The notes: generated by a model from the letters alone, not told the origin. A stretch of 64,000 nt of DNA from Planctomycetota bacterium (GCA_029260795.1 JAJDCO010000094.1:161193-225192), one strand, 5' to 3'. Positions 17,639-27,870 are shown, counted from the first letter of the stretch. A program made the numbers and translations.

Positions 17639-18817
17639 ATGTCCAAGCCCGATCGAGGCACCGCCACCCGTTGTGTTCATCCGGGTCCCGGACGCTCCAA
17701 GCCCTTCGACGTCCTCGCCGAGCCGCTCTTTCAGACATCGACCTTCTCCTTCCCTCGCTTTTCCGACCTCGACCGCTACCTCGAGGATCCGACGAGCCAT
17801 CATCTCTACACGCGGTACGAGAACCCGACGACCGACACGCTTCAGTCAGCCCTGGCCGACCTCGAGGGCACGGAGTCCGCCTTGGCCTTGGGGAGCGGCA
17901 TGGCCGCCATCAGCACGGCCCTCTTGGCCGGGCTCGAGCACGGCGATCACGTGATCTTCATGCAGGACACGTATGGAGGCACCCAAGAGCTCGCGCGGAG
18001 CTGGCTGCCGCGCCTGGGCATTGAGACGACCCGCGTCGCGGAAGCCACACCGGACGCCTTCGAGGCGGCTCGACGAGAGAACACCCGGCTGGTCTACCTC
18101 GAGTCCCCCACCAACCCGGTGCTGAAGATCGTCGATCTGACGGCCGTGTCGGATTGGGCGAGCGGTCACGGGCTGACGACGCTGATCGACAACACGATCG
18201 CAGGGCCGATGACCCAGCGCCCCCACGACTTGGGAATCGATGTCGTGCTGCACAGCGCAACGAAGATCCTCGGCGGTCACTCGGATCTCCTGGCGGGTGC
18301 GATCTGCGGCCGATCCGAGTACCTGCGCCGCTGCCGCGAGACGCTGCGTGTGTTCGGCGCCGTGATCGATCCCTTCGTGGCCAGCCAGCTGATTCGAAGC
18401 TTGAAGACGTTGCCGCTCCGGAACGAGCACATCAATGCTTCCGCGCTCCGGGTCGCCCGATATCTCGAAGCGCGGCCCGAGGTCGAGCGCGTGCATTACC
18501 CGTTTCTCGAGTCCCACGCCCAACACGCGGTCGCTCGCCGTCAGATGTCCGGCGGTGGATGCCTGGTGAGCTTCTCGCTCGGTGACGATCTCGAGCGGGT
18601 GCGCCGCTTCGTCGATGCGCTGCAAGTGTTCACGCATGCGGCCAGCCTCGGCTCGGCCGAGAGCTTGGTCTCGGTGCCGGTCACGATGAGCCACTATCAC
18701 GTGCCGCGTGAGCAGCGACTCCAGATGGGTGTGACGGACGGACTGGTGAGGCTGTCCGTCGGCCTCGAAGACGTGAATGATCTCGAGGCCGATCTGGAGC
18801 GAGCCTTGGCGAGCTGA
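17639..18817 (+). CDS. Cys/Met-metabolism PLP-dependent enzyme (cystathionine gamma-synthase/gamma-lyase/beta-lyase family)
   Basis: Start set at ATG 17639 (MSKPDRGTATRCVHPG...); PLP-lysine motif HSATKILGGHSDLLAG. Exact reaction is not assignable by eye. Confidence 0.85.
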   Translation: MSKPDRGTATRCVHPGPGRSKPFDVLAEPLFQTSTFSFPRFSDLDRYLEDPTSHHLYTRYENPTTDTLQSALADLEGTESALALGSGMAAISTALLAGLEHGDHVIFMQDTYGGTQELARSWLPRLGIETTRVAEATPDAFEAARRENTRLVYLESPTNPVLKIVDLTAVSDWASGHGLTTLIDNTIAGPMTQRPHDLGIDVVLHSATKILGGHSDLLAGAICGRSEYLRRCRETLRVFGAVIDPFVASQLIRSLKTLPLRNEHINASALRVARYLEARPEVERVHYPFLESHAQHAVARRQMSGGGCLVSFSLGDDLERVRRFVDALQVFTHAASLGSAESLVSVPVTMSHYHVPREQRLQMGVTDGLVRLSVGLEDVNDLEADLERALAS

Positions 18818-18827
18818 CGCGGATTCC

Positions 18828-20234
18828 TCAGCGACGCATGTGACAGTACTTCACGAACTCTTCCTCGAACTCATCGAGGGAGAGCCCGAGCGTGCTTTGA
18901 ATGGCCCGCTCGATGGCCGGGAGATCGTTGCGCCTGGTCTTCCCAACCGCATGGAGGAACTCCTGGAAGCTCTTCCGGGTGCTCTTGCTTCGGTGAACGA
19001 ACTCGATCACCAACGCGGCCTGCGTGTAGTTGTCACTCGCCTCGTTGCCGCCCTTCGTCTGCTTGGCGGCCGCCGAGTAGAGCATGCTCGTGATGACGAA
19101 GAACTCGCGAAGCGCGACGTGCTCGCGGTCCTTCACGGCTCGAGCGACGACGTTGAGCTCGTTCTTCGACGTCGAGATGTACTCGGCTACGCCCTCCTGG
19201 AACCAGGACCCGCCCCCTGACAGACGAAGCCGGTTCCTGAAGATCTGGTGCGTGGCCTCGTGGAGGTGCGTCGGGTCGTTGGGCGCCTCATACCAGGTTG
19301 CGTAGTAGTCTCGCCAGGCGTGTCCCTTGGAGCGCCTGGCCGCCTCCTTGCTGGTCTTGGCGATCTTCACGTAGAAGTCGTAGTACTCGTCCGCATTGCG
19401 GAAGAGGAACACCGGCATCAAGCGGTTGCCCTTCACCTCCTCGAACGGATACTGCTTTTGAATCTTCCGATAGAACTCCTCCATGTACTTGGCGAAGGAC
19501 TGACCGCCCGAGGAGTTCGTGAAGATGATGTAGTGCTTGGTGCGGATGATCTTGAAGTCGCCCTTGTATCCCTCGGGCGCATCGTGCAGCCAACGGTCTC
19601 GGGCCTCCTCCTCGGTCCACTTGACGTTCCAGACCTCGCCGCTGTATCGAACGCCCTTCTCGAGGAAGTCCAGGATCGCTTGCTCGTGCTCGCCGGTCGC
19701 GGCCGGTCGGCACTCGACCTCGACCATGTAACCGTTCTCGCGAAGCAAGGCGGCGAGGAAGTAGGTGTTGCCCGCGGCGCTGGTCTCGCCTTCGAGCCGG
19801 ATGTCTGAGCGCGCGAAGCTCGCAAAGGGCGCATATCCGAACTCGCCGTCTGCGATCTCCTTGTCCGTGAAGTGAAAGTCCTTCTCGCGGCGCTGCCGAT
19901 TCTCCTCGATGATCTCGAGGACGTCTTCGGGCGCCTGAAACCCGAACTGGGAGTTGGGCAGCAGCCAAAAGCTGATCGCGACCTGAGCAGGGCCGAGCTG
20001 GCCGGTCCACAGGCCACGCCGCTGATTGCTGATCCCTTCCTCGCGAGACTGAAGCTCTGCCAGATCGGGCAGGGTGAGATTCAGGCCCAAGTCCTCGAAC
20101 TCCACCAGTCGAGGCGTGTCATCGATCGAGCTCGGCTTCGGAGCCGCAGACGCCAACGGCGCGAGAAAGGTGACGGTCATCAGCGCCAGTCCGAGTCGGT
20201 GAACCGAGAATCGCGCGCGCACCTTGCCGATCAT
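18828..20234 (-). CDS. Secreted HEXXH-motif protein, putative zinc metallopeptidase (DUF1570-like)
   Basis: 468 aa; signal peptide (LALMTVTFLAPLASA); HEATH followed ~20 aa later by EGVAEY, a gluzincin-like HEXXH...E arrangement. Confidence 0.65.
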   Translation of the reverse strand: MIGKVRARFSVHRLGLALMTVTFLAPLASAAPKPSSIDDTPRLVEFEDLGLNLTLPDLAELQSREEGISNQRRGLWTGQLGPAQVAISFWLLPNSQFGFQAPEDVLEIIEENRQRREKDFHFTDKEIADGEFGYAPFASFARSDIRLEGETSAAGNTYFLAALLRENGYMVEVECRPAATGEHEQAILDFLEKGVRYSGEVWNVKWTEEEARDRWLHDAPEGYKGDFKIIRTKHYIIFTNSSGGQSFAKYMEEFYRKIQKQYPFEEVKGNRLMPVFLFRNADEYYDFYVKIAKTSKEAARRSKGHAWRDYYATWYEAPNDPTHLHEATHQIFRNRLRLSGGGSWFQEGVAEYISTSKNELNVVARAVKDREHVALREFFVITSMLYSAAAKQTKGGNEASDNYTQAALVIEFVHRSKSTRKSFQEFLHAVGKTRRNDLPAIERAIQSTLGLSLDEFEEEFVKYCHMRR

Positions 20235-20371
20235 GGAGACTCCTTCGTGGGGTTGCGGATGAGTACGCGGGGATTCGACACTCCAGGTCGGTCACGCCAG
20301 GCGCGTGCCCGAGACTCCGGACCACGAGCTCGGCGCGCATCTCTTTCCGCGGACGGCATTCGATCTGGTCA

Positions 20372-20389
20372 CGAGAATCTCAATTCTCG
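20372..20389. promoter_or_regulatory. Inverted repeat CGAGAAT-CTCA-ATTCTCG in the divergent intergenic region upstream of the CDF transporter (operator candidate)
   Basis: Perfect 7-bp inverted repeat with 4-nt spacer, ~150 nt upstream of the 20538 start codon and within the 303-nt divergent region. Confidence 0.2.
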
Positions 20390-20537
20390 AAGGCTGGGCT
20401 CGATTTGCAAGGCGAAGCTCGGGGATGTCGGAACGATCTGTTTGACGGAGTCCCGCGGACCGCGGTAAACCTGGCAGCCCGCTCCCGGGTCCGGGAGCGC
20501 GGCGACCGACTCTCCCGATCCCCGGAGCCCCCGACTC

Positions 20538-21488
20538 ATGGCCGCCTCCACGAAGAAGGTGATCCTCGCTGCCTTGATCGGCAACTCGCTGATCTCGGTC
20601 ACCAAGTTCATCGCCGCCGCCATCACGGGCAGCTCGGCGATGCTCTCCGAAGGCATCCACTCGGTCGTCGACACCGGCAATCAGATCCTGCTCCTCTACG
20701 GGCTCCGCCAGGCCAAGAGACCCGCCGACGAGCGGTTTCCGTTCGGGCACGGCAAGGAGATCTACTTCTGGAGCTTCGTGGTCGCGATCCTGATCTTCGC
20801 CGTCGGTGCCGGCATCTCGATCTACGAGGGGATTCTGCATCTCATCTACCCCCAGACCGTCGAGAGCCCGCTCATCAACTATCTGGTGCTCGGCATGGCC
20901 ATGGTCTTCGAAGCCGGCGCCTGGTGGTTCGCTTACAAGGAGTTCCGTGTCCTCAAAGGGGATCGAAGCTACTTCGCCGCCGTCAATGAAGGCAAAGACC
21001 CCTCGCTCTTCGTCGTGCTCTTTGAAGACACGGCCGCCCTGCTCGGCTTGCTGGTGGCCTTCGTGGGTCTTCTGTTGGGACAGATTCTCGAGAGCCCCTA
21101 CTTCGACGGGGCCGCGTCGATCGTAATCGGTCTGATCCTCGCCGGAACGGCCATCTGGCTCGCCTATGAGACCAAGAGCCTGCTGATCGGTGAAGCCGCC
21201 GAGCCTCAGGTCGTCGAGGGCATCCGGCAGATCGCCGATGCGGAGAGCCGCATCGAGAGCGTCAACGAGATCCTCACCTTGCACATGGGCCCCGACTTCA
21301 TCCTGGTCAACATGAGTGTCGATTTCATCGACACCGTAAAGGCCGAAGAGGTCGAGATGACCATCGTTCTGCTCAATCGGCAGATCAAGCAGCATCACCC
21401 TCGCGTGCGGCGAGTCTTCATCGAAGCCGAGCCTTGGAAGCGAGCCGATGAGACTCCGAGGCCGGACTCACCCGGAGCAAGCACATGA
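20538..21488 (+). CDS. Cation diffusion facilitator (CDF) family metal efflux transporter
   Basis: 316 aa; six predicted TM helices, conserved H/D-containing TM2/TM5 regions (SEGIHSVVDTGNQ...), C-terminal cytoplasmic domain. Confidence 0.88.
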   Translation: MAASTKKVILAALIGNSLISVTKFIAAAITGSSAMLSEGIHSVVDTGNQILLLYGLRQAKRPADERFPFGHGKEIYFWSFVVAILIFAVGAGISIYEGILHLIYPQTVESPLINYLVLGMAMVFEAGAWWFAYKEFRVLKGDRSYFAAVNEGKDPSLFVVLFEDTAALLGLLVAFVGLLLGQILESPYFDGAASIVIGLILAGTAIWLAYETKSLLIGEAAEPQVVEGIRQIADAESRIESVNEILTLHMGPDFILVNMSVDFIDTVKAEEVEMTIVLLNRQIKQHHPRVRRVFIEAEPWKRADETPRPDSPGAST

Positions 21489-22108
21489 AAAGGCCGCGCC
21501 GAATCGTCCTCACCGGAGGCCCGGCCGCCGGAAAGACCGCCATCACCGAGGTCCTGCGGCGCGAGCTCTCGGAAGAGGTCGCCGTCGTGCCCGAGTCCGC
21601 CACGATCCTCTTCGGGGGCGGCTTTCCTCGACCCACCAATCCCAAGGGCCGACGCCACGTGCAACGCGCCATCTTCGCGGTGCAGCACGAGCTCGAAGAT
21701 CTCCACTCGGACATGCATCCTCGCCTGACCCAGATCTGCGATCGCGGCAGCCTCGATGGCGCCGCCTACTGGCCGGGCGGAACCAAGCGCTTCCTCGATG
21801 CCGTCGACACGACGCTCGAGCGCGAGTTCGCGCGCTACGACGCCGTCGTCTTTCTCGAGACGTCCGCTTACACGGCAGACGGTTACGACACAGAGGGTAG
21901 CCTCCTCCGGATCGAGGACGCTGCCGAGGCACGCCGCCTGGACCGCCGCCTGCGCAAGGTCTGGTCCGGGCACCCGCGGTTCTTCCTCATCGGGCATGCG
22001 CAGCGCTTCTATCAAAAGGTGGCCTCGGTGCTGATCATGCTGCACCGTACGCTCGGCATCGGAGTCGGCAACCATTCTCCGGAAGGAGAGGGTCATGGCG
22101 AGTCCTGA
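21485..22108 (+). CDS. P-loop NTPase (AAA_28 / NadR-kinase-like ATPase)
   Basis: 207 aa; Walker A LTGGPAAGKT; ATGA overlap with upstream CDF gene; 14-nt overlap with downstream ankyrin gene. Confidence 0.68.
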   Translation: MKRPRRIVLTGGPAAGKTAITEVLRRELSEEVAVVPESATILFGGGFPRPTNPKGRRHVQRAIFAVQHELEDLHSDMHPRLTQICDRGSLDGAAYWPGGTKRFLDAVDTTLEREFARYDAVVFLETSAYTADGYDTEGSLLRIEDAAEARRLDRRLRKVWSGHPRFFLIGHAQRFYQKVASVLIMLHRTLGIGVGNHSPEGEGHGES

Positions 22109-23120
22109 AGATTGCCAACGCGAAGAGTACACGCCGCTCGACGAGGCCGAAGCGCGTTTCGAGCGGGCGGCGGATGCCGTCGTCACCGGCGATCGGGAGA
22201 CCTTGGCTCGACTTCTCGACGAGGACCCGTCCCTCGCCTGGCGCCCTTCGCCGCGCCCCCATCGTGTCACGCTACTGCATTACGTCTCGGCAAACGGCTT
22301 CGAGCCGCGACGCCAGAAGAGTCCGTCCAATGCCGTGACGATCGCCGAGCTGCTCTTCGAACGCGGTGCCCAGCCCGATCCGACCTGCGAGTTCGGCGAG
22401 GGCGGTCCCAACACGACACCTCTGATCGGAGTGGTCACGAGCGTCTGGACTCATCGCGCCGGAGTTCAGGCCGATCTGGTCGATGTCTTCGTCGCCAACG
22501 GGGCCAAGGTGAATGGGCTCGAGGACGATGCCGCGCCGCTGGAGTTGGCCTTGGGCTTCGGCTACACCGTGGCCGCCGAGGCGCTCGCGCGCGGGGGCGC
22601 CCGAGTCTCTCATGTCATCCATTCGGCCGGGCTGGGTGACCTCGAAGCCGTGCGAGCCGCGTTCGACGAGAAAGGCCAGCTCCGCTCGGAGCACGTCGGA
22701 CCCGCCGGTTGGTGTACCCGTGAAATCCGAACGCCCGACGAGTCCGTCGACCTCGCGTTCGTGGCGGCGTGCCGGCATCGACGCCTCGAGGTCTGCAAGC
22801 TCCTTCGAGACCGCGGCGCCGATCTCGGTGCTCACGGGAATCAGGGCTTCACTCCCCTGCACACGGCCGCCTGGTATGGGCATGGCGAGATCCTCGAGTG
22901 GCTGCTCTCGCTGGCGGCACCGCTCGAAGAGCTCAACGCCTATGGAGGAACCGTGCTCGATGGTACCTGCTGGGGCGCGATCAATGCGGCCGAGCCCGGT
23001 GTCGACCACGCCGCCATCATCGAGCGTCTCTGTCAGGCCGGGGCGAGCGTCCAAGCGATCGACCCGTTCCCGACGGGTGACTCGGAGCTCGACGCGATCC
23101 TGCGACGCCATGGGCGTTGA
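22095..23120 (+). CDS. Ankyrin-repeat protein
   Basis: 341 aa; repeats containing TPLH-like motifs (FTPLHTAAWYGHGEILEWLL, VTLLHYVSANG...). Confidence 0.72.
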   Translation: MASPEDCQREEYTPLDEAEARFERAADAVVTGDRETLARLLDEDPSLAWRPSPRPHRVTLLHYVSANGFEPRRQKSPSNAVTIAELLFERGAQPDPTCEFGEGGPNTTPLIGVVTSVWTHRAGVQADLVDVFVANGAKVNGLEDDAAPLELALGFGYTVAAEALARGGARVSHVIHSAGLGDLEAVRAAFDEKGQLRSEHVGPAGWCTREIRTPDESVDLAFVAACRHRRLEVCKLLRDRGADLGAHGNQGFTPLHTAAWYGHGEILEWLLSLAAPLEELNAYGGTVLDGTCWGAINAAEPGVDHAAIIERLCQAGASVQAIDPFPTGDSELDAILRRHGR

Positions 23121-23437
23121 GCGCTCGACGATCAGCGTGAGATCGCGTGGCTGGCGCACGACGGGCATTCTTCATCGGGTCGACGAAGGACCGCCGTGCC
23201 CATTCGAAGGGACGAACGGAAGCACAAGCCATCAGCCACGGGGCTCTTCGCCTGGCCAGGACCTTCGGCGGTTCGCTTCCGCGTCGACTCGAGATGCCCC
23301 ACATCCTCTGCCTGGCGGTACTTGCATCAGAGGGCGTGGTCCGCGACCATGAGGCGCCCCCCAGTTCACCAGCACTGTCCGCGCCCTGACCGCGCGCTTG
23401 GATTCTCACACGTCGGACCCACTCGACAGGAGATCGC

Positions 23438-26266
23438 ATGTCCCTGACCGCCCTCGGATGGTGGCTCGGAATCTGGACCTGCATGGTTGCCCCCGCGGAC
23501 GAAACACCGTCCCTCTACACGGCAATCCCACCGGGAGAGGCCTTGCTCAGCGAGCGAGGTTGCTTGTCTTGCCACGCGGCGACGCCCGAGGTGGAATCTC
23601 GACTCCACCCCAATCCGGCACCGCACCTCGATCAGGTCGGGGCCCGGCTGTCGCCCACCTACATGAGACGATACCTGACCGACCCCCACGCGACTCGACC
23701 CGGCACGCGCATGCCGGACCTGCTCGCCGGGCTCACCGACTCCGAGCGATCCGAGCGCATCGAGGACCTCGTCCACTTCTTGGTTTCGCGCGGCGGTCCG
23801 CTCGCGAATCCGACGACTGCGGTCACCGGCGACGCACTCGCCGCGGGTCGACGCCTGTACCACGAGGTGGGATGCATCGCGTGTCACCAGCCCGTGGAGC
23901 CCGCCGCCGCTCTCGAGCACGTGATGGGGACCCTGTCAGCGGCCCAGCTGGCCGAGATGAGTGAAGAGGACGAAGGGCTGTTCGAGGTGGAGCCGATTCC
24001 CGGAGCCTGGGTTCCGACCGACGTCCGTCTCGACGATCTCGCCTATCGCACGACCGTGCCCGCGCTGGCTCGCTTCCTCGCGAACCCGAATGCGGTCCGG
24101 CCGGGAGCGCGCATGCCGTCGCTCGACCTGACCGACCGCGAAGCCGAGCAGATCGCGGTGTATCTCTTGCGCGATCGCGCCGAGCGCACGCGTACACCCG
24201 GCATCGGCTTCGAGTACTTCGAAGCTCCCTTCGACACGCCGGTCGGATCGTTCGAGGACCTCTCGCCCGTCCGCCGCGGCTCGATGACGCAGATCGATCG
24301 CTTGCCCGATCACCGACCGGATCACTTCGGATTCCGCTTCAGCGCGACGATGGCGATTCTCGAGGCAGGCTCCTATCGCTTCTTCGTCACTTCGGATGAT
24401 GGCTCGCGCCTCTGGATCGACGACGAGCTCGTGGTCGCGAATGACGGCTTCCATCCGATGCAAGAGCGCTCGGGCCAGATCGACCTCGGCGCCGGCGCCT
24501 ATCGATTCGTCGTCGAGTCGTTCGAACGCGACGGCGGTGAAGGGCTACGAGTGGATTGGGAAGGCCCCGGACGGGAGCGTTCGCCGGTCGGCGGCGAGTC
24601 TTTCACTCACGAAGGCCTCGGCTTCCGACTGCCTGAGGAAGAGGTGAGCCTCTCGCCCGACGCGGCTCGCGTCGAGCGAGGCCAGCAGCACTTCGTCGAG
24701 CTGGGCTGTGCGAGCTGCCACCCAGGCGTGGTCGATGCTCCCGCGGCTAGCGCGCCGGCACTGGGGCGACTCGATCCGCGGCGCGGTTGCCTGGCCGCGG
24801 CACCGGCCGCGACCCTCCCGCAGTATGCACTGGATGCGGTCGAGCGCACCGCCCTTCGGGAGGCGATCGGCCAAGTGGCCGGCTGGCAGCAAACCGCCCC
24901 GACCGCCGAAGAGCGGGTCGTGCGCACGCTCGCCCGACATCAATGTCTGGCGTGCCACCGGCGGGACGATCTCGGAAGCCCCCGCGACGACCGGCGCAGC
25001 TACTTCGTGATTCGAGGCGATGCCGAGCTGGGTGACGAGGGACGTATTCCTCCTCACCTCGATCACGTCGGCAACAAGCTCAGGCCCAGCTCGCTCGAGT
25101 CCGTCCTGTTGGAGTCGAGTCGCGTTCGTCCCTACATGGCAGCCCGCATGCCCCAGTACGGCGCCGAGCACGTGGGCGAGCTCATCACCGATCTGATCGC
25201 GGTCGACGCACGCCCCGAGGACGCGATCGAGCCGCCCTTCACCGCGGAGTCGGTGCAGCAGGGACGTCAGCTCGTGGGCACCGACGACGGGCTGGGCTGC
25301 ATCAACTGTCACACGCTCGGGCCCTACGAGTCCTTGGGTGTCCCCGCGGTCGATCTGGCGACGATGACCGAGCGGCTCCGTCCGGGGTGGTTCCGCCAGC
25401 TCTTGCTCGATCCCATGTCGGTGAACATGATCACGCGCATGCCGAAGTTCTGGTTGGAAGACCGGAGCCCGGTCGACATCGCCGAGGGTGCGCCAGGTCC
25501 CCAAATCGACGCCATGTGGTCGTATCTCTCTCTCGGCGATGCGATGCCCTTGCCCAAGGGCCTGGTGGTGCCCGAGGCCGAGTTCGAGCTGGCCGTCCTC
25601 GACGAGCCGGTGCTGTGCGGTGTCTTCATGGCCGGCGTGAGCCCTCGCACCTTGGTGGTCGGCAACCCCGAGAGCTTGCATTACGCGTTCGACCTTCAAG
25701 GGTCGCGATTGGCCAAGGCTTGGCGTGGGCGGTTTTTCAATGCGAAGGGGACTTGGCACGCTCGGGCCGGTGCGCTCGAATCACCGCCGACAGACGACGT
25801 CCTCGAACTCGCCCCCGGGGCACCCTTCGCTCTCTTGCCGAACGACGAGGCTGCTTGGCCGGACCCGGAATCCGATACCGGCTATCGCACCTTGGGACGT
25901 CGCTTCGACGACCGACGCCGGCCGTCCTTCCGCTATCGATTTGAAGGCATGACGATCGAAGAGAAGCCGGTGCCTCGGCGCGAGCGTCGCAATACTTGGC
26001 TTCAGCGCTCGTTTCAGATCGAGAGCGAGAATGACCAGCAGAACCTCTGGTTCCGGGCAGCAGTCGGCCGCTCGATTCAAGCGATCGCACCCGGGGTCTG
26101 GCTCGTCGATGACCGTTCACTGGTCGAGGTGCCGGTAGGAGCGGAAGCGACCGAGCAGTCGCGGCGCCGCACTCGAGGTGAGTGGCAGGAGATCCTGGTT
26201 CCGGTTCGTTTCGTGGAGTCCGAGAGCGGCTGGACGGCCGCATTCGAAGTGGAGCTGACCTGGTGA
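23438..26266 (+). CDS. Multi-heme c-type cytochrome with PA14-like domain (PVC-type heme-binding protein)
   Basis: 942 aa; five CxxCH motifs (CLSCH, CIACH, CASCH, CLACH, CINCH); central PA14-like segment (GSYRFFVTSDDGSRLWIDDELVVANDG...GAYRFVVESFERDGGEGLRVDWEGP); N-terminal signal/TM. Confidence 0.85.
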   Translation: MSLTALGWWLGIWTCMVAPADETPSLYTAIPPGEALLSERGCLSCHAATPEVESRLHPNPAPHLDQVGARLSPTYMRRYLTDPHATRPGTRMPDLLAGLTDSERSERIEDLVHFLVSRGGPLANPTTAVTGDALAAGRRLYHEVGCIACHQPVEPAAALEHVMGTLSAAQLAEMSEEDEGLFEVEPIPGAWVPTDVRLDDLAYRTTVPALARFLANPNAVRPGARMPSLDLTDREAEQIAVYLLRDRAERTRTPGIGFEYFEAPFDTPVGSFEDLSPVRRGSMTQIDRLPDHRPDHFGFRFSATMAILEAGSYRFFVTSDDGSRLWIDDELVVANDGFHPMQERSGQIDLGAGAYRFVVESFERDGGEGLRVDWEGPGRERSPVGGESFTHEGLGFRLPEEEVSLSPDAARVERGQQHFVELGCASCHPGVVDAPAASAPALGRLDPRRGCLAAAPAATLPQYALDAVERTALREAIGQVAGWQQTAPTAEERVVRTLARHQCLACHRRDDLGSPRDDRRSYFVIRGDAELGDEGRIPPHLDHVGNKLRPSSLESVLLESSRVRPYMAARMPQYGAEHVGELITDLIAVDARPEDAIEPPFTAESVQQGRQLVGTDDGLGCINCHTLGPYESLGVPAVDLATMTERLRPGWFRQLLLDPMSVNMITRMPKFWLEDRSPVDIAEGAPGPQIDAMWSYLSLGDAMPLPKGLVVPEAEFELAVLDEPVLCGVFMAGVSPRTLVVGNPESLHYAFDLQGSRLAKAWRGRFFNAKGTWHARAGALESPPTDDVLELAPGAPFALLPNDEAAWPDPESDTGYRTLGRRFDDRRRPSFRYRFEGMTIEEKPVPRRERRNTWLQRSFQIESENDQQNLWFRAAVGRSIQAIAPGVWLVDDRSLVEVPVGAEATEQSRRRTRGEWQEILVPVRFVESESGWTAAFEVELTW

Positions 26267-26274
26267 ACCGAACG

Positions 26275-27753
26275 ATGCTGCTCATCTCGTTGATGGTGGG
26301 AATCGGCGCCGTTCAGGCGCTGGCTCAGGCTCCCGCCGGCGACGACGATCCGAACGTCGAAGCGCTGTCGTACCGCATCGTCTCAATGCCCCAGCCCGAG
26401 GGGATCTCGCTCGAGGTCAGCGGTCTGGCCTGGCTGCCCGACGAACGACTGATGATGGCGACGCGGCGCGGCGAGATCTTCATCGCACAGAACCCGCTGG
26501 CAGCTTCGGGTGAGACGCTCGAGCTGGTGCGCTTCGCCCACGGCCTTCAGGAGCCTTTGGGTCTGCTGGTGCACGACGGATGGATCTACTGCGTGCAGCG
26601 CGGTGAGCTGTCACGCCTTCGAGACGTCGATGGCGACGATCGCGTCGACGAGATCGAGACCGTCTGCGACACCTGGCGTGTGAGCGGGAACTACCACGAG
26701 TACAACTTCGGTCCGCGCATCGACGCCGAGGGAAACTTCTGGATCACGACCAACAAGCCGTTCGGTGGCGAGCCCTTCGGACGAGTCGATTGGCGTGGTT
26801 GGGCGCTTCGCATCACCCCCGACGGGGAGATGATCCCGACCGCCTGCGGTCTCCGATCTCCCGCCGGCATCGAGATCAGCCCTTGGGGAGATGCCTTCTA
26901 CACCGACAATCAGGGCGAGTGGTGCGGCGCGAGCAAGCTCAGCCACCTCGAGCCCGGCGACTTCCACGGGCACCCCTGGGGCCTGCCGTCGGCTCGCCGT
27001 GAGGAGTGGGCCTACGACTATCCCGGAGATCCTCCCAATGGCAAGCTGATGCCGGACGTGGTCCAGGACATTCCGACCTTCAAGCTCCCAGCGGTCTGGT
27101 TCCCGTACGACAAGATGGGCAAGTCTCCGGCCGGGATGACTTGGGATCAATCGGGCGGCCGCTTCGGCCCCTTCTCCGGACAGCTCTTCGTCGGGGATCA
27201 GCACCACGCCTCGGTCATGCGTGTCTTCCTCGAGCGCGTCAACGGCCACTGGCAGGGAGCCTGCTTCCCCTTCCGCTCGGGCTTCCAGTCCGGTGCGCTC
27301 CGCCTCGCCTGGGGGCCGGACGCGCAGCTCTTCGTCGGCATGACGAATCGGGGATGGGGCTCACGCGGGAATCAAACCGACGGCTTGCAGCGTCTCGAGT
27401 GGACAGGACACGTGCCCTTCGAAGTGCGTGAGATGCAGGCGCGGCCGCACGGCTTCCGGTTGGTGTTCACGGTTCCTGTCGACCTCGAGCGCGCCCAAGA
27501 CCCCGCCTCCTATCGTATGGAGAGCTACACCTACCGATTGCATGCCCAATACGGCAGCCCGGAGGTCGAGCAGAAGACACTCTCGATCGAATCGATCACG
27601 GTCTCCGAGGACGGGTTGGCCGCCGACCTGAAGATCGCCGGCCTACGACGCGGCTACGTGCATGAGCTCCATCTTCCGGGCATTCGAGCCGAAGACGATC
27701 GACCGCTGGCGCATGCCGTGGCTTATTACACTCTCATCGAGCAACCTCGCTGA
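26275..27753 (+). CDS. Beta-propeller protein of the sorbosone/glucose dehydrogenase-like (DUF7133-type) family, secreted
   Basis: Start set at ATG 26275 (MLLISLMVGIGAVQALA signal peptide); a GTG at 26263 overlapping the cytochrome stop is an alternative. Tight coupling to the upstream cytochrome gene. Confidence 0.78.
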   Translation: MLLISLMVGIGAVQALAQAPAGDDDPNVEALSYRIVSMPQPEGISLEVSGLAWLPDERLMMATRRGEIFIAQNPLAASGETLELVRFAHGLQEPLGLLVHDGWIYCVQRGELSRLRDVDGDDRVDEIETVCDTWRVSGNYHEYNFGPRIDAEGNFWITTNKPFGGEPFGRVDWRGWALRITPDGEMIPTACGLRSPAGIEISPWGDAFYTDNQGEWCGASKLSHLEPGDFHGHPWGLPSARREEWAYDYPGDPPNGKLMPDVVQDIPTFKLPAVWFPYDKMGKSPAGMTWDQSGGRFGPFSGQLFVGDQHHASVMRVFLERVNGHWQGACFPFRSGFQSGALRLAWGPDAQLFVGMTNRGWGSRGNQTDGLQRLEWTGHVPFEVREMQARPHGFRLVFTVPVDLERAQDPASYRMESYTYRLHAQYGSPEVEQKTLSIESITVSEDGLAADLKIAGLRRGYVHELHLPGIRAEDDRPLAHAVAYYTLIEQPR

Positions 27754-27870
27754 CACTCCCGGGCTCCGAATCTCCACCCTGCGGTGATTCTTCCCACGCG
27801 TCTTGGCAATGCTCCGTAACCAGGAGAGCGCTGCCGCCCGAATGACCTGACGAGAACGGAATCCAACGCC

